64,000 bases of DNA from Eledone cirrhosa (GCA_964016885.1 OZ024740.1:192200001-192264000), one strand, 5' to 3'. Shown: positions 1 to 15,974, counted from the first letter of the stretch. Notes: a model not told the origin generated them from the sequence alone. Made by a program: numbers and translations.

Positions 1-40
1 CCCTTTATATTAATTCTTTGTTTTTTTTAATAAACACATC

Positions 41-176
41 TCATCATTTCTGAGTACGGCATGTATATGTGAAGGTATGTATATTTCCTCTGATAATTTG
101 TAATATTTTTATATAGATCTATATGATATGCATACCAACACACATATACATACCAGAAACGATCGTAAAATGATGA
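41..176 (+). ncRNA. Type I hammerhead ribozyme motif with mutated core, PLE pLTR family A
   Basis: Stem I tcatcattt(41-49)/aaatgatga(168-176). Core CTGAGTA differs from CUGANGA at G8. Long stem II ggcatgtatatgtg/cacatatacatacc, then GAAAC-gatc-GTA. Homologous to 7978-8131(-). Confidence 0.7.
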
Positions 177-375
177 TTTTTTTAAATATAAGGAACTTGT
201 TCTTTGTGTTTATTTCATTGCTTTTATTAATTGATCTTGACTCTGTTTTCCTATGATTTTTATCGTAAATTTTTTAATGCATCTTCTCTTTTCATGATAT
301 CTTCTATATTTGGATTACATTGAGTTCTTCATACGGATTGGACACTACGGTATATTTTGGTAGATGTATCTACAC

Positions 376-377
<2 letters not shown>
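41..377 (+). mobile_element. PLE pseudo-LTR fragment (family A) ending at (TA)n
   Basis: 183-374 aligns with 8192-8370 (shared tacattgagttcttcatacggattggacactac). It carries an HHR and abuts a (TA)n tract. Confidence 0.6.
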
Positions 378-423
<46 letters not shown>

Positions 424-1092
424 GCATCAGACTATCACCCGTCAAAAAACACCTTGTCTACTTCCAAACTAATCAGTTTCCGCCTCCAGAATCGAAAAAT
501 GAGAGGCGCACCACCTATCCTCCTGAACTCGGCTTATGTAACCGGACCACAATAGCCACCTAATGTTAAAGACATTATACATATATACATGTACACACAG
601 AAGTCAGAAGTTTGCCATTACATCATAGAACATTTCACCGGAACGTTCAAGCAGGTGAGTTTCCAGACCATCTATGGTTATAAGGACACTTTCAGGGATG
701 CGACATTCGGACTGTCTGTCTCCTGGCATTGGTGTCTTTTCATGCATACTACGATACGTTGTCAGCCCACCAGCTGACTTGGAAATTAAGCCACACTCAT
801 GTGATATCAGATTACCATAAACACTGTATTGTTTTGTGAATCACTAGTCTGACAGGCCAGGTAAGTCCTGGAATGGTCTTCATAACTCATATGGATGATA
901 TTGATCAAATATTCTGCGAAATACACTGAATAAGTTGATGCACAAATCAAATCTTAAATACCTGTTAACGGAATTTCACGTTGTCCTTAATATATATATA
1001 TATATATATAACATATATATACATGTGTGTATATATGTGTATGCATATACATACACACACACACACACAGCATTATATATATATATATACGA

Positions 1093-1137
<45 letters not shown>

Positions 1138-3343
1138 AATATATATATACGAGTATATATATATATATACGTAAATATATATATATACATACATATTTGT
1201 ATAGGTTTATTTTGATTCCATTAGTCTATTTACATATATTGCGTTTCATCTAGGACGTTCTCTAAACTAAACGAGAACGATGGGTATACATTATGTTCTA
1301 AACTCCGTGTTCCAGAGACAAAGCAGCTAATGATGTTACAAAACATGTCAATGATTTTCTTGTTCAAAGATTTATGTTCTTACATTTTCGACTCACTCAT
1401 ATATATTTAATCGATTTTGCATTGGTAAATGCGAAATCTTGTGTTTCCTAAGAGATAACTAAATGTGTATGAACACACTATTTGAAACAAACAACAAAAT
1501 GAAACATACCTTTAAAAAAAAAAAATCTATTCTAATCACAATACGATATTTTAGGTTGTCAGTCCATAGTCTACTACGGAGCACTAAAACTCAACAATAA
1601 CTAGCGTTATATTGATGCTTAATCTCAGATGTAAAGAAACGACCAATGCATATCATCAATCAAACAAGATTCTATGTTATCAATCAGTTACAGTTTTCAC
1701 GGCTATTTTTCTGTAAGGCAAAATCGATCAATCATTACTGTCTACACAATTTCATATCCACAATGCATTAATTCATAATTTTATCCATTGCCTTGCACGT
1801 ATCGCATTCTTATATATATTTTCTATGAAGTATGACGTGGGATATATATTTAATTCTTATCCAAAATGTCCATGAATAATATAGAAGCATGATATATCTT
1901 CTTGAACTAGTGACCGTCGTGTTATAAATCACAAGAACAAAAAATATGAACTGTCGTGGCTGAAATAATGTATGACGTGTATAACGGTTACTTTAGATGT
2001 CGATGCTAACATCATTCAATATATTCTATTTTAATAGAATCTTCCAGAAAGAAATGCAATACATGACAAATGGTAGCAAAACGTGAGCTATGCCGTAGAA
2101 ACCAGTCTCGCCTTTTCAGCTGTGGAAGTAGATCTTATCTTATATATGTTATTGTTTATAAGAAAAAGTGTGTCGAGATTGTTTTGTGTATGCATGTAGG
2201 TATCTTGGTAGTCCTGATCGAATACGCCTGTGATAAAAAAATGTTCCTGTCATGACTATCACTTTAGTTTCTATATTAAAGATTGTATTATTCGTGTATT
2301 ATTACGTGTTTCGTTTCACAAAATAATAGTTGCTATGTTGAACTTTTGAGACACCCACGTAATGGTTTATTGCTGACATGAGTTCAGTCTCAGATATTTG
2401 TTTGAGGAAATATCACGGCGGTTGCGACTTGAATACATAACATTATTCAAGAGACGAAATTTCGGTTGTAATAATATCCTCCCAAATCTAACTTCAGCTT
2501 GATCACATATATGTACATTTAAGAAATTAGTAGAATTTCATATTATATGTATATATATTATAATTATAAATATTCATGCAGAAAATATAAATATTAATTC
2601 AACTACTAATTTTACTTCATGCTATGTACAACATATTGCCAGAGAGTAATTATCAAGAAATCTCAATAAATTGGTATTTAGTTACAATGTTGTACGTTAT
2701 TTGAATATATTAATTAATATGAAATATAGAATTTATCCGGCAAATTCAGAGCGTAGTTAAATATCGTCCGAATGATTATTCGAATGTGTTTTTTTTTATA
2801 TTCTATGCCGGTTGACAAACCTATTCAATTTCAATTCAACAATCTTTATTGTTATATTGCATGTTGTCATATTTTAGTGATATGTGTTTAAACCACACAC
2901 ATATGTTTCAACAAATGTTTAGATAGCGCATAAATGTTTCTGGTTTAGGTGCTGGAATATTATATTATTGTATAAACATGTACTGAATTCTTGTAGTTCT
3001 GATATAAAGCAGTAAGAATCTAAACTGATAAGAATTTTAAATGTTCAAGCAAATCGAAAGTATGCATAGATGCTCTTCACTCCTCAGCATGTATATTGGT
3101 TATGTATGACGTTTATTGTAGATATGAAGGGATTGCATATAAGGATGTTGATATTGTTACTGCGACCGGAAAATCCTATGTTCAGAAACATAAATCATTC
3201 CGATTGAAATATACATTAATGTATTTACATACACGGTATTCTCGTTTGAATTTCGCTCTGTTGCTACATTTAGCAGCTGCGTTGATTACATTGAGGTTGC
3301 CACGCAGGAATATCAGTTGTATTTGTAAATATATTGTGTGAGG

Positions 3344-3545
3344 CAGGCATGTCAATCTGAGAATCACCCAAGGGCCACATGGGTCATATATGTGTTGTCT
3401 GAGGGTCACACACAACTAATTGCGCAAATTACAACTAATTTTACGAATATAAAACATGCTCACGCAGTAAAAACCTTTGTTGAGGTCGAAGGTGAGCTTA
3501 TAAATGGCCGCATGTGGCCCGTGGGCCGCATATTTGACATGCCTG
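3344..3545. mobile_element. hAT-like MITE, about 200 bp
   Basis: TIRs caggcatgtcaa/ttgacatgcctg, subterminal gggccac/gggccgc motifs typical of hAT non-autonomous elements, and a degenerate 8-bp flank match (gtgtgagg/gtgttggt). Confidence 0.7.
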
Positions 3546-3860
3546 GTGTTGGTAATTAAATAAGTTTTGTTTGAAATTGTTCATCAATGTAAAGTATGCG
3601 CTTTGATGTCTACTATGCGTCATGCTGTTGTTGACAACATAACTATTGTAACACATTATAGATCGATCGAGAAGTTAAAATACATCTTATTTTTATAATT
3701 GAATGTCACCACTAACATTCGATCATTAGTAAATATTCATATCATATTGTAAGAGTGATTAACAAGTCTTTGATAATGAATGTGAAACCCTTGAATCGTT
3801 TCACGAAATAATAGTGATCTTTTATTTACCACTCCGTACAATTCAATATGTTGATATTAG

Positions 3861-4016
3861 GTTCACGCTTGAGAGTGGGGGGTATACACATACACACATA
3901 TATACATATATATATATATATATATGTGTATGTGTGTGTGTGTCTGTGTGTGTGTGTGTGTGTCTGTGTATGTGTGTGTGTGTGTGTATATATACCCCCC
4001 ACTCTCAAGCGTGAAC
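3861..4016. repeat. Perfect 26-bp inverted repeat flanking a TA/TG microsatellite
   Basis: gttcacgcttgagagtggggggtata (3861-3886) / tataccccccactctcaagcgtgaac (3991-4016). Confidence 0.9.
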
Positions 4017-4112
4017 TTAATACCAAAACTGTTCGTAACTGCACTCCTTGTTATTGTTTTTGTTTTGTACTTTACCTATATATATATACAAAGCGAATGC
4101 AATAAAATCAAC

Positions 4113-4186
<74 letters not shown>

Positions 4187-4389
4187 TCTAGTCGACGTAG
4201 CTCCCTCTTCATTCTGAAACCGGGTAATTTCTCCAGTAGGATTTAGAATATCATCTTTATATATAGAATGTGAGCCTCCTTCTGGATCACGCTGGGACAG
4301 ATAACGACGGGATCTCACAATAGAGCTGCTATTTTTGCTACCCATGTTTTCTATTAGCAGAAAATAATTGACCATGTTATCCTCCAAAC

Positions 4390-6075
4390 ACGCAGTGCAT
4401 TAGTATCCAAAATGACATTGATGCTGTAAGGTTAGAGAGAACGAATTCATTTCCTTCTTCTTCTAGAAGAATCATCAGTATTCAAGGTTTATCCCCAAAC
4501 TGTTGTTCAACCAACAATCCTCTGCCAGAAGATGAAGTAGAAAAGTGTTACTCTCAACTGATTGTCAATGCTTTTCAAGTAACACCACACGTAGAGCTAA
4601 TTGTTGTCGATTTCAACGCAACAATTAGCGGTAAAGTTATAGACCATTTCACTCATATTGAGAAACATCATATTTCTAGTAGAGATCTTGCATCAACATA
4701 CTCTCATAGCTAGTAATACCATCTCACAGAAATTGAATCGAAAAATCTTGACTGAGAAACACTTAGTTATCTCTCCCAAAATGAATTTATTATTTATAGG
4801 AAACAATGGAGGAACATCATTCATGATTGTAAAGCGCAGACTTCCTCTGCAGGCGTAAGGGGAGAAAAACAACGACCAATGTTAAGCTCAGCCAGTACGA
4901 AATAGCTTTACAAGAGTGTATTAAGGGAAGATGTCAACCTTGCAAAAAAATGGTTGATACAGATGAATCATTATAACCCAAAGGGAAATAGTTTGGTCCA
5001 GTTGTGTCCATCTTTAATTAAGTGGTTGAGAAAACCTACCAAGACATCCTTAAATCGACAACTTTATATCTACAGGTTTAGGCATGGAAAAACACCGGAA
5101 ATTTCAGCACATTGCTTTCAACTATCTGGTTGAGGTAATTGAGAATAGTAAGTACAAGACTCCCAGGACAGCTAGGAAACTGATAAAAGATATGTTTTAA
5201 GACGAAAAGGAGGAATATAGTAACTCCAGTGTTAAATCCATCCTATGACTTGGAGAGAACATTTCACAAACTCGAAAATCTTTGAGAGCCAGACGTAGCG
5301 ATTGCCCCATTATTTGTGGTCTATCCAGGGAGAAGCACTTCTGAATTCACCATAGAACAGGGTACTGCACAACAAGAAACAAAGCAAAGCTTGATTTGAT
5401 GGCCTAACTACGCCTATGAAAAATACACCAAACTCGCAAGTTTAAAGAAAGTGTCTGCATTGAAACCTTTGAATGTCACAGGAATTGGGAATATCAAGAA
5501 TATTGCCAATACCCAAGGAAGTATCATCCATATCAGTAACAACTATAAAGACACCAGTCTTACACAAATTGCTGCAAAGTTGATTCTGAATAGAAATAGA
5601 CATTGCATCGAGAGCCTTCTACGTTCCAGTCAATATGAATTTCACCCTTCTCTGTTGACTACACAGGAATCCTGGGTCTATGAAGTATTATTGAGGAGAT
5701 AAAAAATAATAGGAAGTTGGCTGCAATTGCATTCATAGGCCTCGAAATACGTTGCTCTGAATCCGTCTTGCCTGTGTGATATATCGTCAAATTCTGAATG
5801 TATGAAAATACTTCTGCATTTTTAATGAAAACTGATACCGGCATCCTCCAGGTATGTCATTTGTTTCGTTTCCTTTTTAGGTTATAGTTTGTTTATACAT
5901 TGCCTAATGTTAGTGGATCATCAGATGTATTAACGCTGAATAGTCGGCACTGTGCCTAACACCCGGATGAAATTCTACACAAATTGGCTCATGCAGATGA
6001 CATTGCAGATGACGTAGCAGCTTATGTATTACACGAGAGGCTCCCGTTCAGTCGATGGGAAACTTTTCGAATGTT
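4390..6075 (+). mobile_element. Heavily decayed RTE-like LINE (APE + RT remnants)
   Basis: Ordered remnants DEVEKCYSQL, VDFNATI (GDFNA-like), NYKDTSLTQIAAK (NYRGISL-like), TGILQ and ADDIA, interrupted by many stops and frameshifts. Confidence 0.7.
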
Positions 6076-6083
6076 AACAGAAG

Positions 6084-6354
6084 AAAATTAATGCATGACA
6101 ATGCAACAACAATTGACCACATGCATTCCTTAAATGAGGTGGAGAGTGAAGAAATAGGTAGCTTCTTATATATTGGTATTTGAAAGAACACAGGACGCGG
6201 TCCGGCCTCCTGGATAGGCAACGAGATGGAAATATATGCAGAACACTCAATTCCGGCATATACTAATGTATAAGAAGCTACCCAGTTCTTCACTCTCCAC
6301 ATCATTTAAGGAATGCATCTGGTCAATTGTTGTTGCATTGTCATGCATTAATTT
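6084..6354. repeat. Fold-back inverted repeat with ~95-bp arms and ~85-bp spacer, adjacent to (TA)n
   Basis: aaaattaatgcatgacaatgcaacaacaattgacca... is the reverse complement of ...tggtcaattgttgttgcattgtcatgcattaatttt. Confidence 0.85.
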
Positions 6355-6375
6355 TATTCTATATATATATATAAA

Positions 6376-6625
6376 TGTATGTATGGTATATTTGGCAATG
6401 TACTGTATGTTTGATTAAAAATATTTTGAAGACCATTCGCTATGAGTTTAAAGCAGTGAATATGTTCCTTACTTATTACTGCTCTAAAATAGCGATGTAT
6501 ACAGGGATGTATGTTTGGCAATATAGCGAATGGTCTTCAAAATGACTTTAAATAGACACAGTATATTGCCAAATATTGTATACATATATTCATGTATACA
6601 TGGCTATTTCAGAGCACCAATGCTA
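6376..6625. repeat. Nested inverted repeats between (TA)n tracts
   Basis: 6388-6443 pairs with 6524-6576 (ttttgaagaccattcgctat/atagcgaatggtcttcaaaa). 6480-6503 pairs with 6593-6616. Confidence 0.75.
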
Positions 6626-6843
6626 ATATATATATATACATATATATATATAATATTAAAGATACTATTTATAGTTATGTATATACTATACTATAAATAA
6701 CGATAAACAGGGAAGGTCAGTAATTTATTACTACCTCATTACCAGTAAGAGAAATAGCTCAATGTAAGAACATCAGGTGTATTACAGAGCAGTATTATAG
6801 ATGACATAAGTATCAAAAGTATGTTTAAATCATTTAATCACTT

Positions 6844-6961
<118 letters not shown>

Positions 6962-6993
6962 TTACTTATGTATCAAAGTTATGTTTAAATCCT

Positions 6994-7049
6994 TTAATCG
7001 CTGACAATTGTTTCTTCCCAACTTAAGCTTGGATTCCTCGGAGCATTAA
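6994..7049 (-). ncRNA. Minimal type I hammerhead ribozyme, CCGAGGA core (family B)
   Basis: Reverse-complement copy of 7222-7277. Confidence 0.65.
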
Positions 7050-7221
7050 CAATGTTTATACTTATAATTAACCTCCTATTGAACTGAAGAATCATACAGA
7101 TACATATTTATTGATGTTGAGGACAACCTGTAAACATGAACCTGTTGTCCACAACATCAATATATATGTATCTGTATGATTCTTCAGTTGAATAGGAGGT
7201 TAATTATATGTACAAACATTG

Positions 7222-7277
7222 TTAATGCTCCGAGGAATCCAAGCTTAAGTTTGGAAGAAACAATTGTCAGCGATTAA
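7222..7277 (+). ncRNA. Minimal type I hammerhead ribozyme, CCGAGGA core (family B)
   Basis: Stem I ttaatgct/agc(g)attaa, core CCGAGGA, stem II tccaa/ttgga, then GAAAC-aatt-GTC with palindromic stem III (acaattgt). Confidence 0.7.
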
Positions 7278-7309
7278 ATGATTTAAACATAACTTTGATA
7301 CATAAGTAA

Positions 7310-7346
<37 letters not shown>

Positions 7347-7354
7347 GAAAAAGT

Positions 7355-7573
7355 ATGACCCCGACGGCAAAGCTCAAGCCGTTTCGGCGGCTATTTCTGA
7401 AATGTTCGACGGCTATTTCTGAAATTTTCGACGGCTATTCCAGAAATAGCCGTCGAAACGGCTTGAGCTCTGCCGTCGGGTTGATATTTTTTCCTATTTT
7501 CAAATCTACTACCCTAAGTATTGAGTACTCTGGTGCGTTATGGTCCACCTGGTTCCTTACCACAATTCCTTTG

Positions 7574-7575
<2 letters not shown>
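7355..7575. mobile_element. Fold-back pLTR insert (family C) with 3' half of an HHR and asymmetric tail
   Basis: The short inverted arm from 7355 pairs with 7441-7485, and the right arm extends about 90 bp to (TA)n. It contains gtcGAAACggcttgagctctgccGTCggg. Homologous to 14505-14643(-), 16122-16180(-) and 21648-21976. Confidence 0.75.
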
Positions 7576-7649
<74 letters not shown>

Positions 7650-7860
7650 TTGGAGGAGAAGGCAATACGTTCAAAATCAAATTTACCACCTTACACGGGG
7701 TTTCATCGAAGCAATATCAATATAAGAATTCTATACATATATGTGTGTACGTATGCATGTATATTATTATAAATAATATTTTCATAGAATCTTCAGAGAA
7801 GAAATATTATTGTTTTTGATGATGTTGTTGGAAGGTGTTCTAATCTATCTACCATTATAT

Positions 7861-7910
7861 AGTAATGCACTGGGTAATTGCTGGCCTTGTGCCTAAAGTA
7901 GAAACAATTA
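7861..7910 (+). mobile_element. SINE family 1, 3' tip
   Basis: agtaatgcactgggtaattgctggccttgtgcctaaagtagaaacaatta matches the 3' end of the full copies. Confidence 0.8.
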
Positions 7911-7923
7911 TATATATATATAT

Positions 7924-8527
<604 letters not shown>

Positions 8528-8654
8528 TTGTGTGTCTATGTGTGTGTGTGTATGTGTGTGTGTGTGAGTGTGTGTGTGTGTGTGTGTGCGTGCGTGCGCA
8601 CATAAGTTGTAAGTATTCTAATGTATTCGGGCCTTGAAGATCATCACGCCAGTC

Positions 8655-8850
8655 GTTATCCTCGTTTCGGTAACATCAAGCGGCTGAGTGTGCAAGATTC
8701 CCCACTGGAGAAGACGCCAGTCCATTGCACAGTTATTAAGGCCTAGCCTCTGCTGGTACTCACCTTCAGTTGATTATACTGTAGCAATATATAATGGAGT
8801 GTTTTGCTCAAGAAAACAACACACAAACCAGTCTAGGAATTGCACCCATG
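8655..8850 (-). mobile_element. Degenerate SINE related to family 2
   Basis: gagtgttttgctcaagaaaacaac resembles the central part of the 37056-37281 and 53849-54072 copies. Confidence 0.45.
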
Positions 8851-11330
8851 AAATTATCATCGCAAGTCCAAGCGCCGCCAAGAAGAGAGGAGAACATATT
8901 CTATCAAATGAAACTATCCTCGGAAACATTTCAGATTATCTGGATACAAATCAAGGAGGCCTGGGAGAGAAAAACCTCTGGGTTATTCTTGTCAGGAAGT
9001 AAGGATACTATTTAAATTGAAGATGCTGTTGGTCAAGTCGACATGAACACCCTCGCTAGGGAATCATATTTGCTTTCTTTTGATATAAATGATTAATGGT
9101 ATGACAAGAATGATGAACGAATACCTGTTCCTACAGTTCAGTGAAATCATGCATTAAAACTCATTAGATATAGCCGCAGTTGATTCTAACATGGGAAATG
9201 GTAGATGCTCAAGATGAGATCCATATAATCTAGAGTAGGACCAAATTACTCATGTGGATGTGAGCCATATTTGTCAAAAATCGTCTCGTGAAACTCTTCT
9301 TTTTTCTGTATAATATGTGAGGGATATAGTCAAGTGCAAGTGGTGCTACGAGGAGAAGTCAGATTTAGATACGAAATTATTGCAAAACAGTTTGGCTGTT
9401 GACTGTTGAACCGTCTCTCAATGTATCGGCTTTCGTAAACAAGTATTGCATTTTGTTCTTACAGAGTAACTATCCCACCCCCATCTATCAGTGTGGCTTT
9501 AGAGTGGGTTGCCAACCTAGTCATTAAAAACCAAAACCATTTTACCAGATAACCATTTGTTTCATTTAAATTAGTTTAATCCATTGTTAGTGTATATGGT
9601 CTTACGATATCGAATAGGAGAATCTGTACGGTTCACTGATTAGTTACTTCGTCAAAACATATAAGCATATGTCTTCAGCACATATGTTACGAGTGTAAGC
9701 AGGGAGAAAGAAATGTTAGACCATGAATTAGGTCATTTTATTGAAAGAAATGCCGACATGTATATTGTGTAAGAATGCCTATAAATATATATATATATAT
9801 ATGTATATATATTTGTTAGAATATGTCTTTTAGAAAGGAAATGTTTTAACAAGAACAACTTAAATCGAAATGTAATAATTTTAGCAACATATATCATCAA
9901 CGATTACATCATTCATTTTTCCTATCATTTCATGATAAAAAAAAAACATTAGAAACGTATGTAAAACACTACATAAGAAAATTAGACGAACAATTGTAGA
10001 AAAATAAACATTTTAACCGAATGTAAGCTATAACTTTAATTGGTGGTTACTAACGGACTAATAGAATAGAGTTATATCTAGTAGAATATAATTATATCTA
10101 AGCTGTGAGGAGACGTTTTAATGTACACACTGTGTGGTGCAAAATGGGTGTAATCTAAATTGTAATGCCGGTAATAGTATTAAAGTAGGTCATTAAACGC
10201 AGCTTAACAAACATACTATAGAAATGATCTAGTTATTGGTGTATTCAAAATATAATATGCACTTAATAATAGAGCAGAAGCAAATTGATCGATGTACAGA
10301 TTATGGAAAACATTACCAAGATGAATTTTAAAATGGAAATATGTATAAATGATTTCCTATATAGAGCCTGACTAATTTCGACACTTACCGGTGCCAGCAT
10401 ATCAATTTCAAATTTTTGAGATACGAACCCACATTTGAGAACAAAGTCCTATCAATTCCATATTCACTTCAACGTTGAAGAACTTTGATAGCAACTATGT
10501 ACTAATAGCCTTTTGGTAGAGAGCCAGTGTAACGTGCAGAATGTACGAATTAACCAAATCATGATTACATTACTGGCTGTAGTCTAGTTTTATTTTCATC
10601 GTTAGGTGCTGCTGTATATTGTCTGTGATTACTCGTTGTTAATTCGTCTTTATTATTTAAGTAAAATAAGGAATAATTATGAAAGCCTAATGGTGTACGG
10701 AATTATCATTTCACGCTATTTTGACATATATTCTCTTCAGTTACGTTGTCCATGGTTTTGCTCTGGAAAAATAAGTAAAAAATAAGTGCCTCACAGAATC
10801 TCATTCCTCGCTCTATTGAATATGTGACATCCTGTCTAATGAAGTAATTTATATTACTAATTTATCTATATTACTAATTTATCAAGTATTGTAAAATATA
10901 TTTTAAAAATGTCTCTATTGTGTTTACTTAACACAATATTTGACGTTATTAGATATGTTTTTTTGTTTGTTTTGCTGTATATTAACTGTAAACTGGCCTA
11001 TTAATTGGCCCTCTAAGGTGGCCCAGTCAATTACACCGGCTTACGTAAATACAGTTAATATAAAGCGAACCTAAATTACGTAAGCATATTTCAACTGAGT
11101 TCACTATGAGAAATAAGTACGACGAACATTATTATTACATACAGCTGCATCATTTTTACCGTCTTTTCATTAAAACATAATGATTCGAAAATGTATTTGT
11201 GCAAATACCTGAGCCCCGACAAATATACGAACGTATAGAGAACACAGCATTTCAAAGCATTTATTAACTATTCTAGGAAACATTGCATAGCAATAAAAGT
11301 ACCGTGCCTCAAAATGTGTGTCATACAATA

Positions 11331-11436
11331 ATAATTGTTTCTATTTTTGGCACAAAGCCAGGAATAATACTAGTGCATAACTGGTACTTTAGTTTATCGA
11401 CCCCGTTATGATGTAAGGCGAAGTTAACCTCGGCGA
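11331..11436 (-). mobile_element. SINE family 1, 3' half
   Basis: ataattgtttcta...ctggtacttt...tatcgacccc...aaggcgaagttaacctcggcg. Confidence 0.8.
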
Positions 11437-12990
11437 TAATAATGATTATAAAAAACAAATGTTTCCTGTCAGCAAGATATTTTAATAATTAATCTATCAT
11501 ATAAAGAAAACTCAAAATATTTCCTGATATGAATACATTTTAGTATGACTCATGAGTCATTTCAACAAAGTTTATTGCAATATACAGCCATTTTTCTTAA
11601 CAAATTACGTGAAAAATCAAAACATGATAGCGTCTAGATAAGAAAGAACATCGTGAACGATGACAGTATGATGTCAGTATGTAGAATTCCATGGCATAAA
11701 TTTGATGGATGTGATACGTTGGAAAACAATATTGGCTGTGTTGAACTAGGAAATTAGTTGCTGGAATTAAAATGGATTCTACTAGGTTTCTGGGGTGTAC
11801 CATTTCTTTTTTTTTTGGTAATCTGACTATAACAAATAACGACAGTCTTGTTAGTGGAATTATTGGTGTTTATATTAACAATGATAAATAAAAGATTACA
11901 TAATGCAAACATAACAAAGCTCTCAATAACATACATACCACTATTACTAATAACCAACTTGCCTTCGCAGGTACTAGAGAATATCTGTTGGCTGAAGGAA
12001 CTCAATAAGGAATTGGAGAAGCATGTGATCAGACAATATATACAACTAACTATTTGCATACCTGTCTAGAATATCTTAGAGACACCTCATGGATAATGCA
12101 CCTTAGAACGGTCACCTATTGTTAAATGCCGCAACTAAATGAGGGACAATATAAGAAGAATAAAGGCTGAAATTAGCAGCCCTAATATATATACACATAT
12201 TGATATAATAACTTAAATAAGTTCATATGCGCTACCATAACTACACACATAAAACGAATTCTGTGATAAATATACAACATATCGTCACAAGGTATATTAC
12301 ATCAGTTGCAACACCACAGTCTACTTGTCACCAGCAACACAACAATATAGCAGATACAACTGGAAATATCTCTATGAAAACCAGTCTTTTAATTACCATT
12401 TATAACAACTATGCAACGTTCACAGCAGTTTCAAAACAAGTACAAAGTACACAAAACAACAGTGAATATATATAGGTCGACATGAATATCAACGTTCTCT
12501 AATATTGTCTCTTTCAACAGATTTGCGTCACTTTCAACAGATTTGCTCCGTTGCTTCCCACAATGTTTATGAATTTATTTCATTTAGCAACGCGTTTTCA
12601 TTGAACTAACGTGGCTTAAATTGAGTAGCAATCCACTTCAAACGCTTTCCTACATTTTTCATTATCTAAAGGATTTTCTGGTTTTATATAGCCAATACTT
12701 CTGAGCAGCGTTCATCAATCAATATTAATTGGGCATGAAAGAGATGGATACAGTGTTTTTCAGACTACTTTCTTGTGTCTTGTTGTTTTCATATGTTGTT
12801 TGCTCGTCTCATCTCCTGTTTTCTTTATTATGCTTGACTATGTTGTTCCTTTTCAAAAACATGGGATCTTATAGTGTCATTATTTCAATTACGATTACCA
12901 ATTTTATGCAGGTTTTTAATGCAGCAACACACAGCCTCATACATACATGCATACATACATGCATACATTCATACATACATACACACACAC

Positions 12991-13064
<74 letters not shown>

Positions 13065-13544
13065 CTGTGTGTATGTGTATAGGGGTGCATGTTTGCGTAT
13101 GTGGGTGTGAGGGTGTGACGGTGGAAGGGTAATGTTGCGACATATTTTCTAAGGATAGAGTCAGATATGAAATACATAATTTAATGTAAGTCGAAGAATA
13201 TCTTACTTAAAGCAGATAATGTTGCCCTAGTATTATTTTCTACGAAATGGTGGTTTTTTCAGCAAGGAAATGGGGAGATGCTAAACTCCCATTGGGCTCA
13301 CAAACTAGCAAGAAGATCGAGTCACTGAAATTCCATCATTGCACATTTATTTATTTTTTTTTTTTGCAGCCGTCAATTTACACCTGAATATGTTTCACGC
13401 GTTAAACTCAGATATCTCTACAGAGTAAACCTTCAATATGCAATGTAAGTCTCAGAATATAAGCATGTTTATGTGATAGGAAATCTTTCAAAGTAACCAA
13501 ATCAACAGCGTTACCAGTGTTATTATGCTTATTTATATAACTCT

Positions 13545-13885
13545 AGTTTCACCGACACTTTCTGCGGCCGCAACCTGGCGACTAACGCGGATTCTGCTGT
13601 ACGTCGGGCTGAGGAGGCTAAACTCCTCAAATACCGGTCGCTTTCCGACAGTTTTGAGGTTGTACCCCACGGCAGTGGAGACTTCTGGTGTCCCCAGCCT
13701 TAGGACTACTTCCCTACTCACCACCATAGACGCTGAGCTGGCCAGCCGCAGGTGTGATCACGGCGAGTTGGAGTGGCTTTTCCAGCGCTCTCCCTTTCCG
13801 TCCTCCGGAGAAACGCCTTCTCCATTCTGACCGCCGGGGCTGTGTGTGTTGGGGGGCATCGCGTATCATTCCGTATTTAATTATG
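13545..13885 (+). mobile_element. CRE-clade non-LTR retrotransposon, C-terminal restriction-like endonuclease fragment
   Basis: Frameshifted translation SAVRRAEEAKLLKYRSLSDSFEVVP/AVETSGV...EWLFQR/LSLSVLRRNAFSIL fits the CRE pattern K..KY...F.P.A.ET.G...FQRLS....RGNA. Locally GC-rich. Confidence 0.75.
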
Positions 13886-14312
13886 GTCGGTATGTGTATG
13901 TATATGTTTTGGATATTGACGGTTGATGCTCAAATATTTATATTTGGTGAAAATAACTCTAGTTGTTATGAGATTATACATATTCGAATTAACATTTTAT
14001 GAAAGTGCGAATAGCAAAAGTAATAATGCTTCCTCTGAATATGTTTTCCACACATATTGCAACGTACATGAAGAAAGGTTATATACATTTTTGACAGCCA
14101 GCTAAATAGACAAGAAGCCATACGTGTTAGATCTGCTATTATCATAGAAATGATTTCAATTATATCATGAAAAAATAAATCAAAGAATAAAAATAAAAAT
14201 GTCACCATGAAGAGAACGTACGCGCATATGAAATGTTCTATGTATTTTTTATATGTCTATCTATCTATTAAACTATCAACACACACACACACTTACACCC
14301 AAACACACATAT

Positions 14313-15398
<1,086 letters not shown>

Positions 15399-15434
15399 GT
15401 GTGTACATACATGATTACATGTGTGTTCCTGGTA

Positions 15435-15468
<34 letters not shown>

Positions 15469-15922
15469 GTATGCGGGTGTTCATGTTCTCATGTGTGTGC
15501 AATACACAATATTGAAGTTTAATATTCCTTATTTGAATAAATATATGCTATAACAGGTTTCCAAACAACGGACACGAAATGAGGGATGATGTATATAAGG
15601 CGAACATTTAGTCGCTCTCTTTGCATTATATAACAGGCGTCATAATGTGCAGATATCATACATTGAGTTTGTTTGTTTGTTTATTATGTCGCCATTTGGC
15701 TTATAATTCGCTAAGGTAATATTCAAGAATAAACGGCATGTAACACCGTGTGTATCTACAAGGATTTAATTTATGGCTGTGTCTAAGTATATTGTTATAA
15801 ATATATTGTATGAATACTAGTAACCTGAACTAGAGAAGCGTTCAAATAACAACTCAAACAAAGTTATATTTTTCTAATTACATATGCATGCATATATTTT
15901 CATGAGCATGGACATAAACAAT

Positions 15923-15974
<52 letters not shown>

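Noticed and set aside
7383-7440. Short spaced repeats resembling a CRISPR array
   Set aside because: Tandem 22-bp stutter without unique spacers, in a eukaryotic context with no cas genes.
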